This document shows positions 27,526 to 36,622 of a DNA stretch of 64,000 nucleotides, piece after piece. Position 1 is the first letter of the stretch, and each line of letters starts with the position of its first letter. Below the pieces are notes generated by a model. That model did no database searches, was not told where the DNA came from, and saw only the letters and a program-made list of their open reading frames with translations. This DNA comes from a virus. Taxonomy: Duplodnaviria; Caudoviricetes. The stretch lies in the IMG/VR virus record IMGVR_UViG_3300020042_012633, positions 8,492 to 72,491 of that record; one strand, written 5' to 3'. The position numbers and the translations under genes are program-made.

Positions 27526-28216
27526 CCCCTCCTTCTGGTCCGTCTTCTGGGAAGAATCTTAAATCGACATCTGGTTGTACTGTTTTTATATACTCTCTTA
27601 AAGCTCTTGAATCTCTTGCAAGTAAGAAGTTGTCCACAAAATCTCTAATAGTTTTAGGTTCTGAGTTACCTTCTACTGAAGTTATCATTCTTTTTAGTCT
27701 AGTAGATAGTTCAGCTGATGAGTCTTTATTTAATCTTTTCAATCCTTTTACTTCTTGGTTAATGAGAGTTTCATCTCCATGAGTAAGTAGCTTAAATGTA
27801 ATATCTGTATTTGTGGATGGTGTTGTAAAGAAGAATTCATTTTTACCACCTTGTAATAGAGTGTAGTCAATATCTTTATTACGTATCTCTGAAAGATCTA
27901 CTGTTTCTGTTTCTCCTTTATACTCAAACTCGTAATCCTTTCCATATCCTAATACTCGAGAAGCAATTAAGATTGCATTTTTATCTCCTACTAAAAGATC
28001 TCCATAATTAATTGGAGTTACAATAAGAGATTGTAATAGTTTGTCAATAACTACTCCTTGTTGAATATAATTCTGATTAGTTAGAATATCTTCTTCACGA
28101 GCTGTCATATACTTCATTTCAATAGTACCTGCTGCTAGTGCTGAGTCTTTTGGATATAGTAATCCTTTTGATGGTAATTCTACCATTTCGGTAGGAAATT
28201 TTTGCTTTTGTTCCAT
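27476..28216 (-). CDS. Tail assembly chaperone / T4 gp26-like baseplate assembly protein
   Basis: VELPSKGLLYP...MKYMTAREEDIL...GDKNAILIASR...ARDSRALREY; between tube and tape measure genes. Confidence 0.75.
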   Translation of the reverse strand: MEQKQKFPTEMVELPSKGLLYPKDSALAAGTIEMKYMTAREEDILTNQNYIQQGVVIDKLLQSLIVTPINYGDLLVGDKNAILIASRVLGYGKDYEFEYKGETETVDLSEIRNKDIDYTLLQGGKNEFFFTTPSTNTDITFKLLTHGDETLINQEVKGLKRLNKDSSAELSTRLKRMITSVEGNSEPKTIRDFVDNFLLARDSRALREYIKTVQPDVDLRFFPEDGPEGGVDIPIGVTFLWPDAGV

Positions 28217-28246
28217 AAATTTTATTTGTTAGTAACTTTTTCTATA

Positions 28247-28254
28247 TATAAATA
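28247..28254 (-). promoter_or_regulatory. Putative late promoter TATTTATA upstream of the tail chaperone
   Basis: Intergenic copy. Confidence 0.6.
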
Positions 28255-28281
28255 TACACATAAAACTTTTTTAAAACAACA

Positions 28282-28303
28282 AAGCCTGACGATTGCCAGG
28301 CTT
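28282..28303 (-). terminator. Probable terminator after the tail tube gene
   Basis: AAGCCTG/CAGGCTT inverted repeat in the intergenic gap with a T-rich 3' flank on the minus strand. Confidence 0.65.
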
Positions 28304-28325
28304 GTTTATTTTTATTTGTGTTGGA

Positions 28326-28814
28326 TCAATAATTGAGAACACAATAATCCATTGCAATTGAAATTCCTATCTCTACTACTCCATCAGCAGAAGTCCAGTC
28401 AAATTGTCCAAAATCTCCTTTTGTTAAGAAAGCTCCTTTGATAATCCATTCCCCTACGATATCTCCTACAGGACCTAGAATGTTAAGAGTTAAATCTTTT
28501 TTATAGAAATCTGAATAACCAGCTCTACCTGTTACTGATTCGTATCCTAAACGAGCCCATTCCATTACTGCTTGTGCTCCTGAAGGTGTGATTGGTGAGT
28601 ATAGGGTCATATCCATATTTTCCCAGTTTCTTTTTCCTCTTATTTTTCTGTAAGAGTTGATGTGATCAAGTTTGATCTCTGAATCTGTGAAGTTTGGTGC
28701 TTTCACGTTTTTAATCATGAATGCTGGAATGTTGTCTATATACATTACGAACCTGTGTTGAACCATTGGTTCGAAGGCTCTGAACATTATTTCGTTTGGA
28801 TCTAATACTGCCAT
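28326..28814 (-). CDS. Tail tube protein (T4 gp19-like)
   Basis: 162 aa; FEPMVQHRF...WENMDMTLY...YKKDLTL...GDIVGEWIIKGAF; directly downstream of the sheath gene. Confidence 0.9.
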   Translation of the reverse strand: MAVLDPNEIMFRAFEPMVQHRFVMYIDNIPAFMIKNVKAPNFTDSEIKLDHINSYRKIRGKRNWENMDMTLYSPITPSGAQAVMEWARLGYESVTGRAGYSDFYKKDLTLNILGPVGDIVGEWIIKGAFLTKGDFGQFDWTSADGVVEIGISIAMDYCVLNY

Positions 28815-28833
28815 TTTATTTTATTTATTTTAT

Positions 28834-28841
28834 TATAAATA
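28834..28841 (-). promoter_or_regulatory. Putative late promoter TATTTATA upstream of the tail tube gene
   Basis: Intergenic copy. Confidence 0.6.
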
Positions 28842-28855
28842 TCTTTGTTTATAAA

Positions 28856-30961
28856 TTATGAGAAAGTAGCTCCAGTTGGTTCGATTGTGAAATCTAATAC
28901 TACAAATTCAACTGTTTTAGCTGGTTGAATAAATATTTGACCTATCAATTGGTTTCTATCTACAACATCTGCTGTGTTGTTGCTATCATCCATTACTACT
29001 CTGTAAGCATAAAGACCTTGTCTTTGTACTACTGATTCTAAGTAAGGATTTACCGTTGCTAAGAACTTGTTTCTAGTTGAGATAGTATTCTGTTCAAATA
29101 CTAAGTTACGAGCTTGATCACCAATAAATTTCTTAAGTTCGATTAACAATCTTCTTACATTTACTCTATCCAATGCTGATGCTTTGCTTTGTAGAGTTTT
29201 TTGTCCGAATACTGAAATACCTGATCCTGGGAATGTTGCAATTGGGTTAACTTTGGCTGAGTAAAGTGTGTCTCTATCTCCTTTAGTTAGTTTTCTTTCT
29301 GCTTGAATTACTCCTCCAATTCCTCCTCTTACAAGTCCTGCTGGTGCAAACCATGGTGCTGATGAAGCATCTGTGAATGCATATACTCCTGGAATTACTG
29401 TTCCTGCTGGAACGTACTCGTTTCTACCCGTAGCTGATTGGATTTGTAACCAAGGCCAGTAAGTTGCTGCGTATGAACTGTTCAATGTAGCTGCTTGTCC
29501 TGTTACATCACTTACCAATGATCCTGTTTTTACTAAATCTACTACTGCAATACAATCTCCTCTACTTTCTGCTAATACAATGAAAGAGCTGATAGTAGAA
29601 GTAAATCCTGCATTATTAATTAATCCTGGTGTAGATACTATGTTGAACTGGTAGTCATCTTTGTTTGACAATAATGATAATGCAGTTGTGTAGCTTGCAG
29701 GTATTAATCCTTGCGACTCTCCTGAAGTAGTTCCAATTGCTCCAAAATAACTAGCTCCTGATTTAGGTGCTCCGGTTGCATTGTAGAATGCTCCTGATGC
29801 TATTCTTGGTATATATGTTGAGAATAGGTTACCAGCTGCATCTCTATTAACTGTTATTCCATCATTACCTAGGTAGTTTGGAGTTGATAATGCTAGCGAA
29901 GATACTCTAATATAGTTTGATCTGTTAGGGAATGTTCCGTTTAAGTAAGTGTATGATGTTCCTGTTGAAGAATCTGTACCTACTGTTACGTATTGGTTAC
30001 CAATTATTCTTTCAATGTAGTTATCTGAATTTGGATCAAGATTTACATTAAATGTTTCTAGGATTGTTTTATTATTTGTATTATCATCTCCTTGTCTTAC
30101 AATTATTGTAAATGTTCCTAATGCAGTATTAGTATTTTGAATTTCCCATCTTATATTATCTACTGAACCTGATACCAATGATCCGTCTGAGTTTTGTGCT
30201 CCTGGAGATGCTGATCCTGTTGCGTTGTTGTAAAGAACTCCTTTTCCTAGTGTTGTTAAAGTAAACGGTACTTGATCTGTACCACCTGCTAAAGTTGCTA
30301 AAGTAAAGTTTGGTGTTCCACCTGCAATAGATCCTGTTGAGAAAGTTAGTGTATTATATGGTGTTCCTCCTAATGATGCTGTTAATTGTAGTGCTGTTGC
30401 AGTACCTGATGCTGAGACTGGTAGATAAGTTGGGTATAGGTTTATCTCGTTGACTAAATTTGTAATTGTGGCTGCTATTGTTGATCCAGTTGCAAAATAA
30501 AACACTCCGTTAGAAGGTGAATCTCCTGGTGATGATCCAGTGGCAGTAAATGTGTAAGTGGTTCCTGCATACGATATTGCATACTGTTGACCATCCGCTG
30601 ATTGTGATGCAAATGTTCCTGAACCTGTTGCTTTGTTTAATCCTGTAAACAGATTAGTTGAAACTGCTCCTGTATAAGATCCTGATATAACTTTTGTTAC
30701 TAAAGCTGTTTGACCACCATTTTGAAAATAGTTTTTAACTGCTACTGAAGTAAGGAATTCGTATGAAGTAGAACTTGATAAAAAGGTTTCTCCAAACTTT
30801 CTTACGTAGTCACTATAGGATGTAACGATAAGAGGCTGGTTATCCGGTCCCTTTACTGTTGGTCCAACAAATGCTGCTCCTGCCTGGATTGGTGCTGGTG
30901 TGATAAAAGAGATATCGTTTTCTCTTGTATATACTCCTGGAGAGATAATTGATTCTGCCAT
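28856..30961 (-). CDS. Tail sheath protein (T4 gp18-like)
   Basis: SPGVYTRE N-terminus; YAATYWPW, PWFAPAG.RG, DRVNVRRLL, YRVVMDDSNNT, IQPAKTVEF. Confidence 0.95.
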   Translation of the reverse strand: MAESIISPGVYTRENDISFITPAPIQAGAAFVGPTVKGPDNQPLIVTSYSDYVRKFGETFLSSSTSYEFLTSVAVKNYFQNGGQTALVTKVISGSYTGAVSTNLFTGLNKATGSGTFASQSADGQQYAISYAGTTYTFTATGSSPGDSPSNGVFYFATGSTIAATITNLVNEINLYPTYLPVSASGTATALQLTASLGGTPYNTLTFSTGSIAGGTPNFTLATLAGGTDQVPFTLTTLGKGVLYNNATGSASPGAQNSDGSLVSGSVDNIRWEIQNTNTALGTFTIIVRQGDDNTNNKTILETFNVNLDPNSDNYIERIIGNQYVTVGTDSSTGTSYTYLNGTFPNRSNYIRVSSLALSTPNYLGNDGITVNRDAAGNLFSTYIPRIASGAFYNATGAPKSGASYFGAIGTTSGESQGLIPASYTTALSLLSNKDDYQFNIVSTPGLINNAGFTSTISSFIVLAESRGDCIAVVDLVKTGSLVSDVTGQAATLNSSYAATYWPWLQIQSATGRNEYVPAGTVIPGVYAFTDASSAPWFAPAGLVRGGIGGVIQAERKLTKGDRDTLYSAKVNPIATFPGSGISVFGQKTLQSKASALDRVNVRRLLIELKKFIGDQARNLVFEQNTISTRNKFLATVNPYLESVVQRQGLYAYRVVMDDSNNTADVVDRNQLIGQIFIQPAKTVEFVVLDFTIEPTGATFS

Positions 30962-30988
30962 GTTTTTATAATTTGTTTTTTAATTTAT

Positions 30989-30996
30989 TATAAATA
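30989..30996 (-). promoter_or_regulatory. Putative late promoter TATTTATA upstream of the tail sheath gene (second copy at 31046-31054)
   Basis: Two intergenic copies. Confidence 0.6.
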
Positions 30997-31085
30997 TACT
31001 ACGGTTTTGGGAAACCGTCCTATAGTGTTAGGTTCTATATTCTGTTATAAATAGTAACCAACTATCAAAACCGTTCTGCAGGTTG

Positions 31086-31337
31086 TTAGTTTAAGGGAGT
31101 AAATTCTCCTGTCTCAATATTAACTGATCCTTTTCCAAAAATGTCTTCAAGTTCCTGTGCTATGGTTTGTTGCTCCTCTAGAAGATCCTCAAAGTATTTA
31201 TGTGCAGTTTGCTGTCTTTTTTTTAATTGTAATTTTAGGATTTCAATTTCTCCTAGTTCTTGTACAACTGATTGATTCTTTTGTTGAATGCTTTTAATTT
31301 GTTGTAACTGTTGTTGTGATAACTTTTTTGTTTTCAT
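31086..31337 (-). CDS. Small coiled-coil protein
   Basis: 83 aa, Q/E/L-rich heptads, C-terminal GKGSVNIETGEFTP. Confidence 0.75.
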   Translation of the reverse strand: MKTKKLSQQQLQQIKSIQQKNQSVVQELGEIEILKLQLKKRQQTAHKYFEDLLEEQQTIAQELEDIFGKGSVNIETGEFTPLN

Positions 31338-31381
31338 TCCTATTCCTATTGTTTAGTTTATAATATTCTTATTTTATAGAG

Positions 31382-31756
31382 CTACTCATTTATTTTAGCA
31401 ATATAATCATTAATTGCATTTATTCTTTGTGCATCAACTTCAAAACCTGTCATAGAATTTAAAGATACGATTCTTAGTACATGTTGAAAATCACTAAAGT
31501 ATTGGCTATTTGACTTTATCCATAAAGTAACAGTTACAAAATATGCAGCATCACCTTCAGGTATTTCAGGTAAAGGGATATCTGTATCATATATTATTTT
31601 ATCTGAATATACAGCTGGGATTGTTATTAGATCTAAAAAGTTTCCATTTTCATCTAATATGTTTTCTGTTCTTTCGGCTTCTAATATTTCAAATCCTTTT
31701 GGCTTTATTGGTGTCTCTGCACCATATAAATAATTTGCTAATATAAATTTTTCCAT
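31382..31756 (-). CDS. Hypothetical protein downstream of a fibre gene (possible fibre chaperone)
   Basis: 124-aa ORF 4 nt after the fibre stop codon. Confidence 0.65.
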   Translation of the reverse strand: MEKFILANYLYGAETPIKPKGFEILEAERTENILDENGNFLDLITIPAVYSDKIIYDTDIPLPEIPEGDAAYFVTVTLWIKSNSQYFSDFQHVLRIVSLNSMTGFEVDAQRINAINDYIAKINE

Positions 31757-31760
31757 TTTT

Positions 31761-34700
31761 TTAATTATAATATTGACAATAAATTATTCCAGGTGTTCCA
31801 TTACCACCAACAAATGTTGCACTCTTTCCACCACTACCTCCTGCTCCAAAACCAGTTCCAATTGAACCTGTTTTTGAAGTAATAACGGATGGTCCACCAT
31901 TACCCCATCCTTTTGGACTATTACCTCCTGCTCCTGTTGGGACGTTAATCGATACAGCACCACTACTTTGTCCGTTTTGTCCTGGTATGTTTATATCTCC
32001 ATCTGTTCCAGTTCCCCCTATACCTCCTATGGACGATGCGGCACCAATTCCAAAACCTCCTCCAGTAGCTGTATAAGTAGTTAATCCAATAATTAAAGTA
32101 GTTGAAGTTCCTGCTGTTCCATTAGCTGCAGAAGCACCACCTGAACCACTTGCTCCAATGTTACAAGTATAGGTTGTACTTGCTGTCAATCCAGTTAGTT
32201 TTTCATAAACATAGCCACCACCACCACCACCAGCGCCACTTCCTCCTGATCCATTTCCTCCTCCGCCACCACCTCCGCCTCCAACTAATTCTACAATATA
32301 TACAGTTGCTGTTGTAGTATCGGCCGGTGTGGTAAATGATGTTCCTGATGTAACTATTATGTTTCCTGTTTCACCTGGTCTTACTCCGTTTACTAGTAAT
32401 GACCCTGATACTAATAATGAACCTGTTATAACTGCTGATCCTGAGAATGGGAATCCGTTTTTGCTTTCTCCTGCATTTAGTGCATAAGAAGCAGTTGTTG
32501 CAAAAGATGAGCTAACGGCTCTTGAGGAACTTACTGCAAAAGATGCACTTACTGCAAAAGATGCACTTACTGCAAAAGATGCACTTAGTGCAGGATTAGC
32601 ACTTGTAAAAATTGATCCTGTTATGTAGGAAGCTGTTCCGAATAAAGAACCTGTTATTGAACCGCTTACTTTTAATGATCCTGTTATTTGTACTTGAGAT
32701 CCTGATGCAAAGATAAGGTTTGATCTAAAACCAGTAGATGTTCCGTTTCCATGAATAAAGGCCGATTGCGCTGATGATGTTATATTATATTGACCCTGTA
32801 CATGTTGAAAGTCTCCTTTTGCTATTGTACCTATTCCTTCTGCGTGTGAGCCTGTTCCTAGAGCTGTATTTGGAACATTTACTGCATCGTAATAAATACT
32901 CTGTAAAGGATTGGTAGTAAAATTAAAATATGTAGTTCCGTTAGAACCTAGATTAGGATCGTAGTTAGAAGATGATATTATTGCAGAAGCATATTGGCTA
33001 AGATTTGGTGTAATAGTAGTAGAACCACTAGTTAGTATTAATGAAGTTATTGTAAAAGGTGCTGCTGGGAATCCAGATGTTCTGTTATCGTCTGCTTCAA
33101 TTATTGTTGTTGTGGCTAAATTAACAGTTGGAAGAGATATACCATTCACAACCATAGATGTTACAGTAGAAATATTCATAGATGTTCCTAAACCAACACC
33201 TCCTCCTTCTGCGTGTGAAAATTGACCTGATGCTATGTTTCCTTCTGTTCCTTGAGTAAGAGAACCTGTTATCCTTACTGGACCTGTTACTGTTAATCCT
33301 GATCCTGATACTAATAATGAACCTGTTATAACTGCTGATCCTGAGAATGGGAATCCGTTTTTGCTTTCTCCTGCATTTAGTGCATAAGAAGCAGTTGTTG
33401 CAAAAGATGCACTTACTGCAAAAGATGCACTTACTGCAAAAGATGCACTTACTGCAAAAGATGCACTTAGTGCAGGATTAGCACTTGTAAAAATTGATCC
33501 TGTTATAAAAGAAGCTGTTAATGCATATGAGGCACTTAAGGCAGGATTAGCACTTGTAAATATTGAACCTGTTACAAAAGAAGCTGTTAATGCATTTGAT
33601 GCACTTAATGCTCTATTTGTACTTGTAAATATTGATCCTGTTATAAAAGAAGCTGTTAATGCATTTGATGCACTTAATGCTCTATTTGTACTTGTAAATA
33701 TTGATCCTGTTATAAAAGAAGCTGTTCCGAATAAAGAACCTGTTATTGAACCACTTACTCTTAATGAACCTGTTATCTGAACTTGTGAACCAGAAGTAAA
33801 TATTAAATTTGATCTATTAATGTCTGATGTACCGTTTCCATGAATAAACGCTCCAGCTACTGATGATGTTATGTTGAATTGACCTTGAGCGTGTTGGTAG
33901 TTCCCTAAAGCTACTGTACCAAATCCTTCTGCGTGAGACCCTATACCTTGTGCTTTTGTTCCTACTCCCTCTACGTGTGAACCATAACCTGATGCAGTGT
34001 TTACAACTACCCCAGTAGGATCATAATAGGTTGACTGTAGTGGTGGATTAAAAAAAAACTGAGTCAAGTCATTGAAGGCATCGTATGTTGCAGAAGTTAT
34101 TATAGGAGTTGGAGGAAATTTACTGAGGTCTACTGTGTACTCGTAATTACTATTTTGTAGGTGTAAGGAATTTAATGTAAAAGGTACTACCAGACTACTA
34201 CTATAATCTCCAGTTACAGTTATACTAGTGGGCTCTATATAAAGATTTATATCAGAAGTACTATTGAAGTCGAGGCCTGCAAATTCAATATAAGTAATAG
34301 TATTAAGGGGTATTGGGTTTGTAAAGTTTTCATAATTTGTTACACCTTCTGCATGTGATGCAAATCCTGATGCTATTGTGCTCTCTCCTTCTGCATGTGA
34401 AGAGGATCCTGATGCTATTGTATTTGCTCCTTCTGCATGTGAGTATTGTCCTGATGCTGATGTAAAAAATCCTTCTGCATGTGAGAATTGTCCTGATGCT
34501 ATGTTTCCTGCTATTCCTTGAGTAAGAGGCCCTGTTATCTGCTGAGATCCAGAAACAATAACTGTTCCTATTAAAGTCTGAGTATCGTTGGTTGCATCTC
34601 CAAATTGATTTGAACCTGAGGAGTATATTACCGAGGCTGATTCAAATGTTACGTTTAGGTATGCGATTGAAGCAGTTCCTGCTATTGTTAAATTTCCATT

Positions 34701-35327
34701 AATGGTTCCTCCAGTTAAAGGAAGATATAGTGGTGCAAAAGATGCTGTTAATGCATTAGATGCACTTAGTGCATATGAGGCACTTAAGGCAGGATTAGCA
34801 CTTGTATGTATTAGTCCGTTTACATAAGATGCAGTTTGTGCTGTTACAATGTATGATGCTGTTAATGCATTTGATGCACTTAAGGCTCTATTTGTACTTG
34901 TAAATATTGAACCTGTTACAAAAGAAGCACTTTGTGCTGTTATAATGTAAGATGCTGTTAATGCATTTGATGCACTTAATGCATATGAGGCACTTAAGGC
35001 AGGATTAGCACTTGTAAATATTGAACCTGTTACAAAAGAAGCTGTTCCGAATAGAGATCCTGTTATTGAACCGTTTACTTTTAATGATCCTGTTATTTCA
35101 ACTACAGAATCGTATGCATATATTAAGTTTGATCGAGCTACATCTGCTGTTCCGTTTCCATGAATAAAAGCTCCTGCTACTGATGATGAAATACTAAACT
35201 GACCTTGTACGTGTTGATAGTCTCCTGATGCTATTGTATAGTATCCTTCTGCATGTGAAGAAATTCCTGATGCTAGTGTGGAAGTTCCTTCTGCGTGTGA
35301 ATAAGATCCTGATGATGTTGTGCTGTC
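31761..35327 (-). CDS. Tail fibre/adhesin, downstream segment (open frame without its own start; continuation of 36256)
   Basis: Manual translation shows the frame of ORF 31761-34067 stays open up to 35327, encoding more SHAEG repeats, FIHGNGT modules and SASYA stalks; C-terminal Gly-rich domain. Confidence 0.85.
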   Translation of the reverse strand, partial: DSTTSSGSYSHAEGTSTLASGISSHAEGYYTIASGDYQHVQGQFSISSSVAGAFIHGNGTADVARSNLIYAYDSVVEITGSLKVNGSITGSLFGTASFVTGSIFTSANPALSASYALSASNALTASYIITAQSASFVTGSIFTSTNRALSASNALTASYIVTAQTASYVNGLIHTSANPALSASYALSASNALTASFAPLYLPLTGGTINGNLTIAGTASIAYLNVTFESASVIYSSGSNQFGDATNDTQTLIGTVIVSGSQQITGPLTQGIAGNIASGQFSHAEGFFTSASGQYSHAEGANTIASGSSSHAEGESTIASGFASHAEGVTNYENFTNPIPLNTITYIEFAGLDFNSTSDINLYIEPTSITVTGDYSSSLVVPFTLNSLHLQNSNYEYTVDLSKFPPTPIITSATYDAFNDLTQFFFNPPLQSTYYDPTGVVVNTASGYGSHVEGVGTKAQGIGSHAEGFGTVALGNYQHAQGQFNITSSVAGAFIHGNGTSDINRSNLIFTSGSQVQITGSLRVSGSITGSLFGTASFITGSIFTSTNRALSASNALTASFITGSIFTSTNRALSASNALTASFVTGSIFTSANPALSASYALTASFITGSIFTSANPALSASFAVSASFAVSASFAVSASFATTASYALNAGESKNGFPFSGSAVITGSLLVSGSGLTVTGPVRITGSLTQGTEGNIASGQFSHAEGGGVGLGTSMNISTVTSMVVNGISLPTVNLATTTIIEADDNRTSGFPAAPFTITSLILTSGSTTITPNLSQYASAIISSSNYDPNLGSNGTTYFNFTTNPLQSIYYDAVNVPNTALGTGSHAEGIGTIAKGDFQHVQGQYNITSSAQSAFIHGNGTSTGFRSNLIFASGSQVQITGSLKVSGSITGSLFGTASYITGSIFTSANPALSASFAVSASFAVSASFAVSSSRAVSSSFATTASYALNAGESKNGFPFSGSAVITGSLLVSGSLLVNGVRPGETGNIIVTSGTSFTTPADTTTATVYIVELVGGGGGGGGGNGSGGSGAGGGGGGYVYEKLTGLTASTTYTCNIGASGSGGASAANGTAGTSTTLIIGLTTYTATGGGFGIGAASSIGGIGGTGTDGDINIPGQNGQSSGAVSINVPTGAGGNSPKGWGNGGPSVITSKTGSIGTGFGAGGSGGKSATFVGGNGTPGIIYCQYYN
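32404..32509. repeat. About 106-nt direct repeat (second copy 33304-33409) with adjacent 18-nt tandem SASFAV repeats
   Basis: Identical segments 900 nt apart; (actgcaaaagatgcactt)n follows. Confidence 0.85.
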
Positions 35328-36256
35328 CCTTCTGCATGTGAAGAAATTCCTGATGCTAGTGTAGATTGTCCTTCTGCATGTGAACCTGCTCCTGATGCTG
35401 TTCCACCAGCTTCATCTACCCAGTCGTCTCCATCAAAATATCGACCTCCCCCTTCTGCATGGGAATAGTATCCGCTTGCAGCAGCTACATTTCCTTCTGC
35501 ATGTGATGCATATCCTGATGCTATTGTGCTCTCTCCTTCGGCATGTGAATAGTCTCCTGATGCTATTGTATTAGACCCCTCTGCATGTGAAGAAATTCCT
35601 GATGCTAGTGTAGATTGTCCTTCTGCATGTGAGTAGTCTCCTTGTGCTGTTGCGCTACTTCCTTCTGCATGTGAAGATTGGCCTGATGCTAGTGTAGATT
35701 GGCCTTCTGCATGTGAGTAGACTCCATATGCCACTGTAATATTTCCTTCTGCATGTGCACTTTTTCCTGATGCTGTTGTACCCTTTCCTTCTGCATGTGA
35801 ACCTGCTCCTGATGCTGTTCCACCAGCTTCATCTACCCAGTCGTCTCCATCAAAATATCGACCTCCCCCTTCTGCATGGGAATAGTATCCGCTTGCAGCA
35901 GCTTCATATCCCTCTGCATGTGAATAAGGTCCTGATGCTGATGTATCAATTCCTTCTGCATGTGAGGCTTCTCCAGATGCTAGTGTAGATTGTCCTTCTG
36001 CATGTGAACCATATCCTGATGCTACTGTATTATCTCCTTCTGCATGTGAGTAGTTTCCTGATGCTATTGTATTTGCTCCTTCTGCATGGGAAGCTGTTGC
36101 TGATGCTATATTTCCTGGAGATCCTTGAGTAAAAGATCCTGGTATGTATAAAGAAGAGGTTGTAAACGTAGCTTGATTAACTCCGTCCACAGTAATTGTT
36201 ATAGCGCTTTGGCTGAGTTGGTTAAAACCGTTAGGGATTTTGCCTATAAAATTCAT
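35273..36256 (-). CDS. Tail fibre/adhesin, upstream segment with about 20 SHAEG repeats; breaks at 35327-35329
   Basis: 14-aa SHAEGxxTxASGxx repeats (YadA-head-like beta-roll); the last 13 residues are off-frame. Confidence 0.85.
   Translation of the reverse strand: MNFIGKIPNGFNQLSQSAITITVDGVNQATFTTSSLYIPGSFTQGSPGNIASATASHAEGANTIASGNYSHAEGDNTVASGYGSHAEGQSTLASGEASHAEGIDTSASGPYSHAEGYEAAASGYYSHAEGGGRYFDGDDWVDEAGGTASGAGSHAEGKGTTASGKSAHAEGNITVAYGVYSHAEGQSTLASGQSSHAEGSSATAQGDYSHAEGQSTLASGISSHAEGSNTIASGDYSHAEGESTIASGYASHAEGNVAAASGYYSHAEGGGRYFDGDDWVDEAGGTASGAGSHAEGQSTLASGISSHAEGTAQHHQDLIHTQKELPH
35369..35486. repeat. Exact 118-nt direct repeat, copy 1 (copy 2 at 35786-35903)
   Basis: Identical sequence encoding AASGYYSHAEGGGRYFDGDDWVDEAGGTASGAGSHAEG; offset 417 nt. 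Confidence 0.9.
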
Positions 36257-36271
36257 TGTTCTTTATTTTTT

Positions 36272-36604
36272 TTAACTAATTTCTAATACTGATACAACTA
36301 CGTCTGCTGAAGTGGCTGCTGAAGATACTACTGTTAGGTTGTCTAAGGCACTCATTACTACTTTCTGTTCACCTCCTACTAATACAAGACTTCCATTCGC
36401 AGGTACATTAGCATTCTTAACCAAATATACTGTTTTACTTTGTGAATTGCTCGTTAGGGTTACGCTAACATTGATATTGGATGTTATTACATTAGCAACA
36501 CTCATTCCTATTACTGTGGTAGAGGTAGCTGCAGGTACTGTATAAACTATGACGTTTGATGTACCAATTGATCCGCTTATGCTATTTTTAAATATATTTG
36601 CCAT
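36272..36604 (-). CDS. Small virion structural protein (fibre-associated beta-sandwich)
   Basis: 110 aa; YTVPAATSTTVIGMSVAN...LVKNANVPANGSLVLVGGEQKVVM pattern seen next to phage fibre genes. Confidence 0.75.
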   Translation of the reverse strand: MANIFKNSISGSIGTSNVIVYTVPAATSTTVIGMSVANVITSNINVSVTLTSNSQSKTVYLVKNANVPANGSLVLVGGEQKVVMSALDNLTVVSSAATSADVVVSVLEIS

Positions 36605-36622
36605 TTTATTTTATTTTATTTT

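Noticed and set aside
33410-33470. 18-nt tandem repeats as a possible CRISPR array
   Set aside because: No spacers; they encode in-frame SASFAV stalk repeats.
34068-35272. Apparent 1.2-kb non-coding gap
   Set aside because: It is the in-frame continuation of the frameshifted fibre gene.
35369-35903. Exact 118-nt repeat as a possible diversity-generating retroelement TR/VR pair
   Set aside because: The copies are identical (no adenine-specific mismatches), both lie inside one gene, and no reverse transcriptase is in the window.
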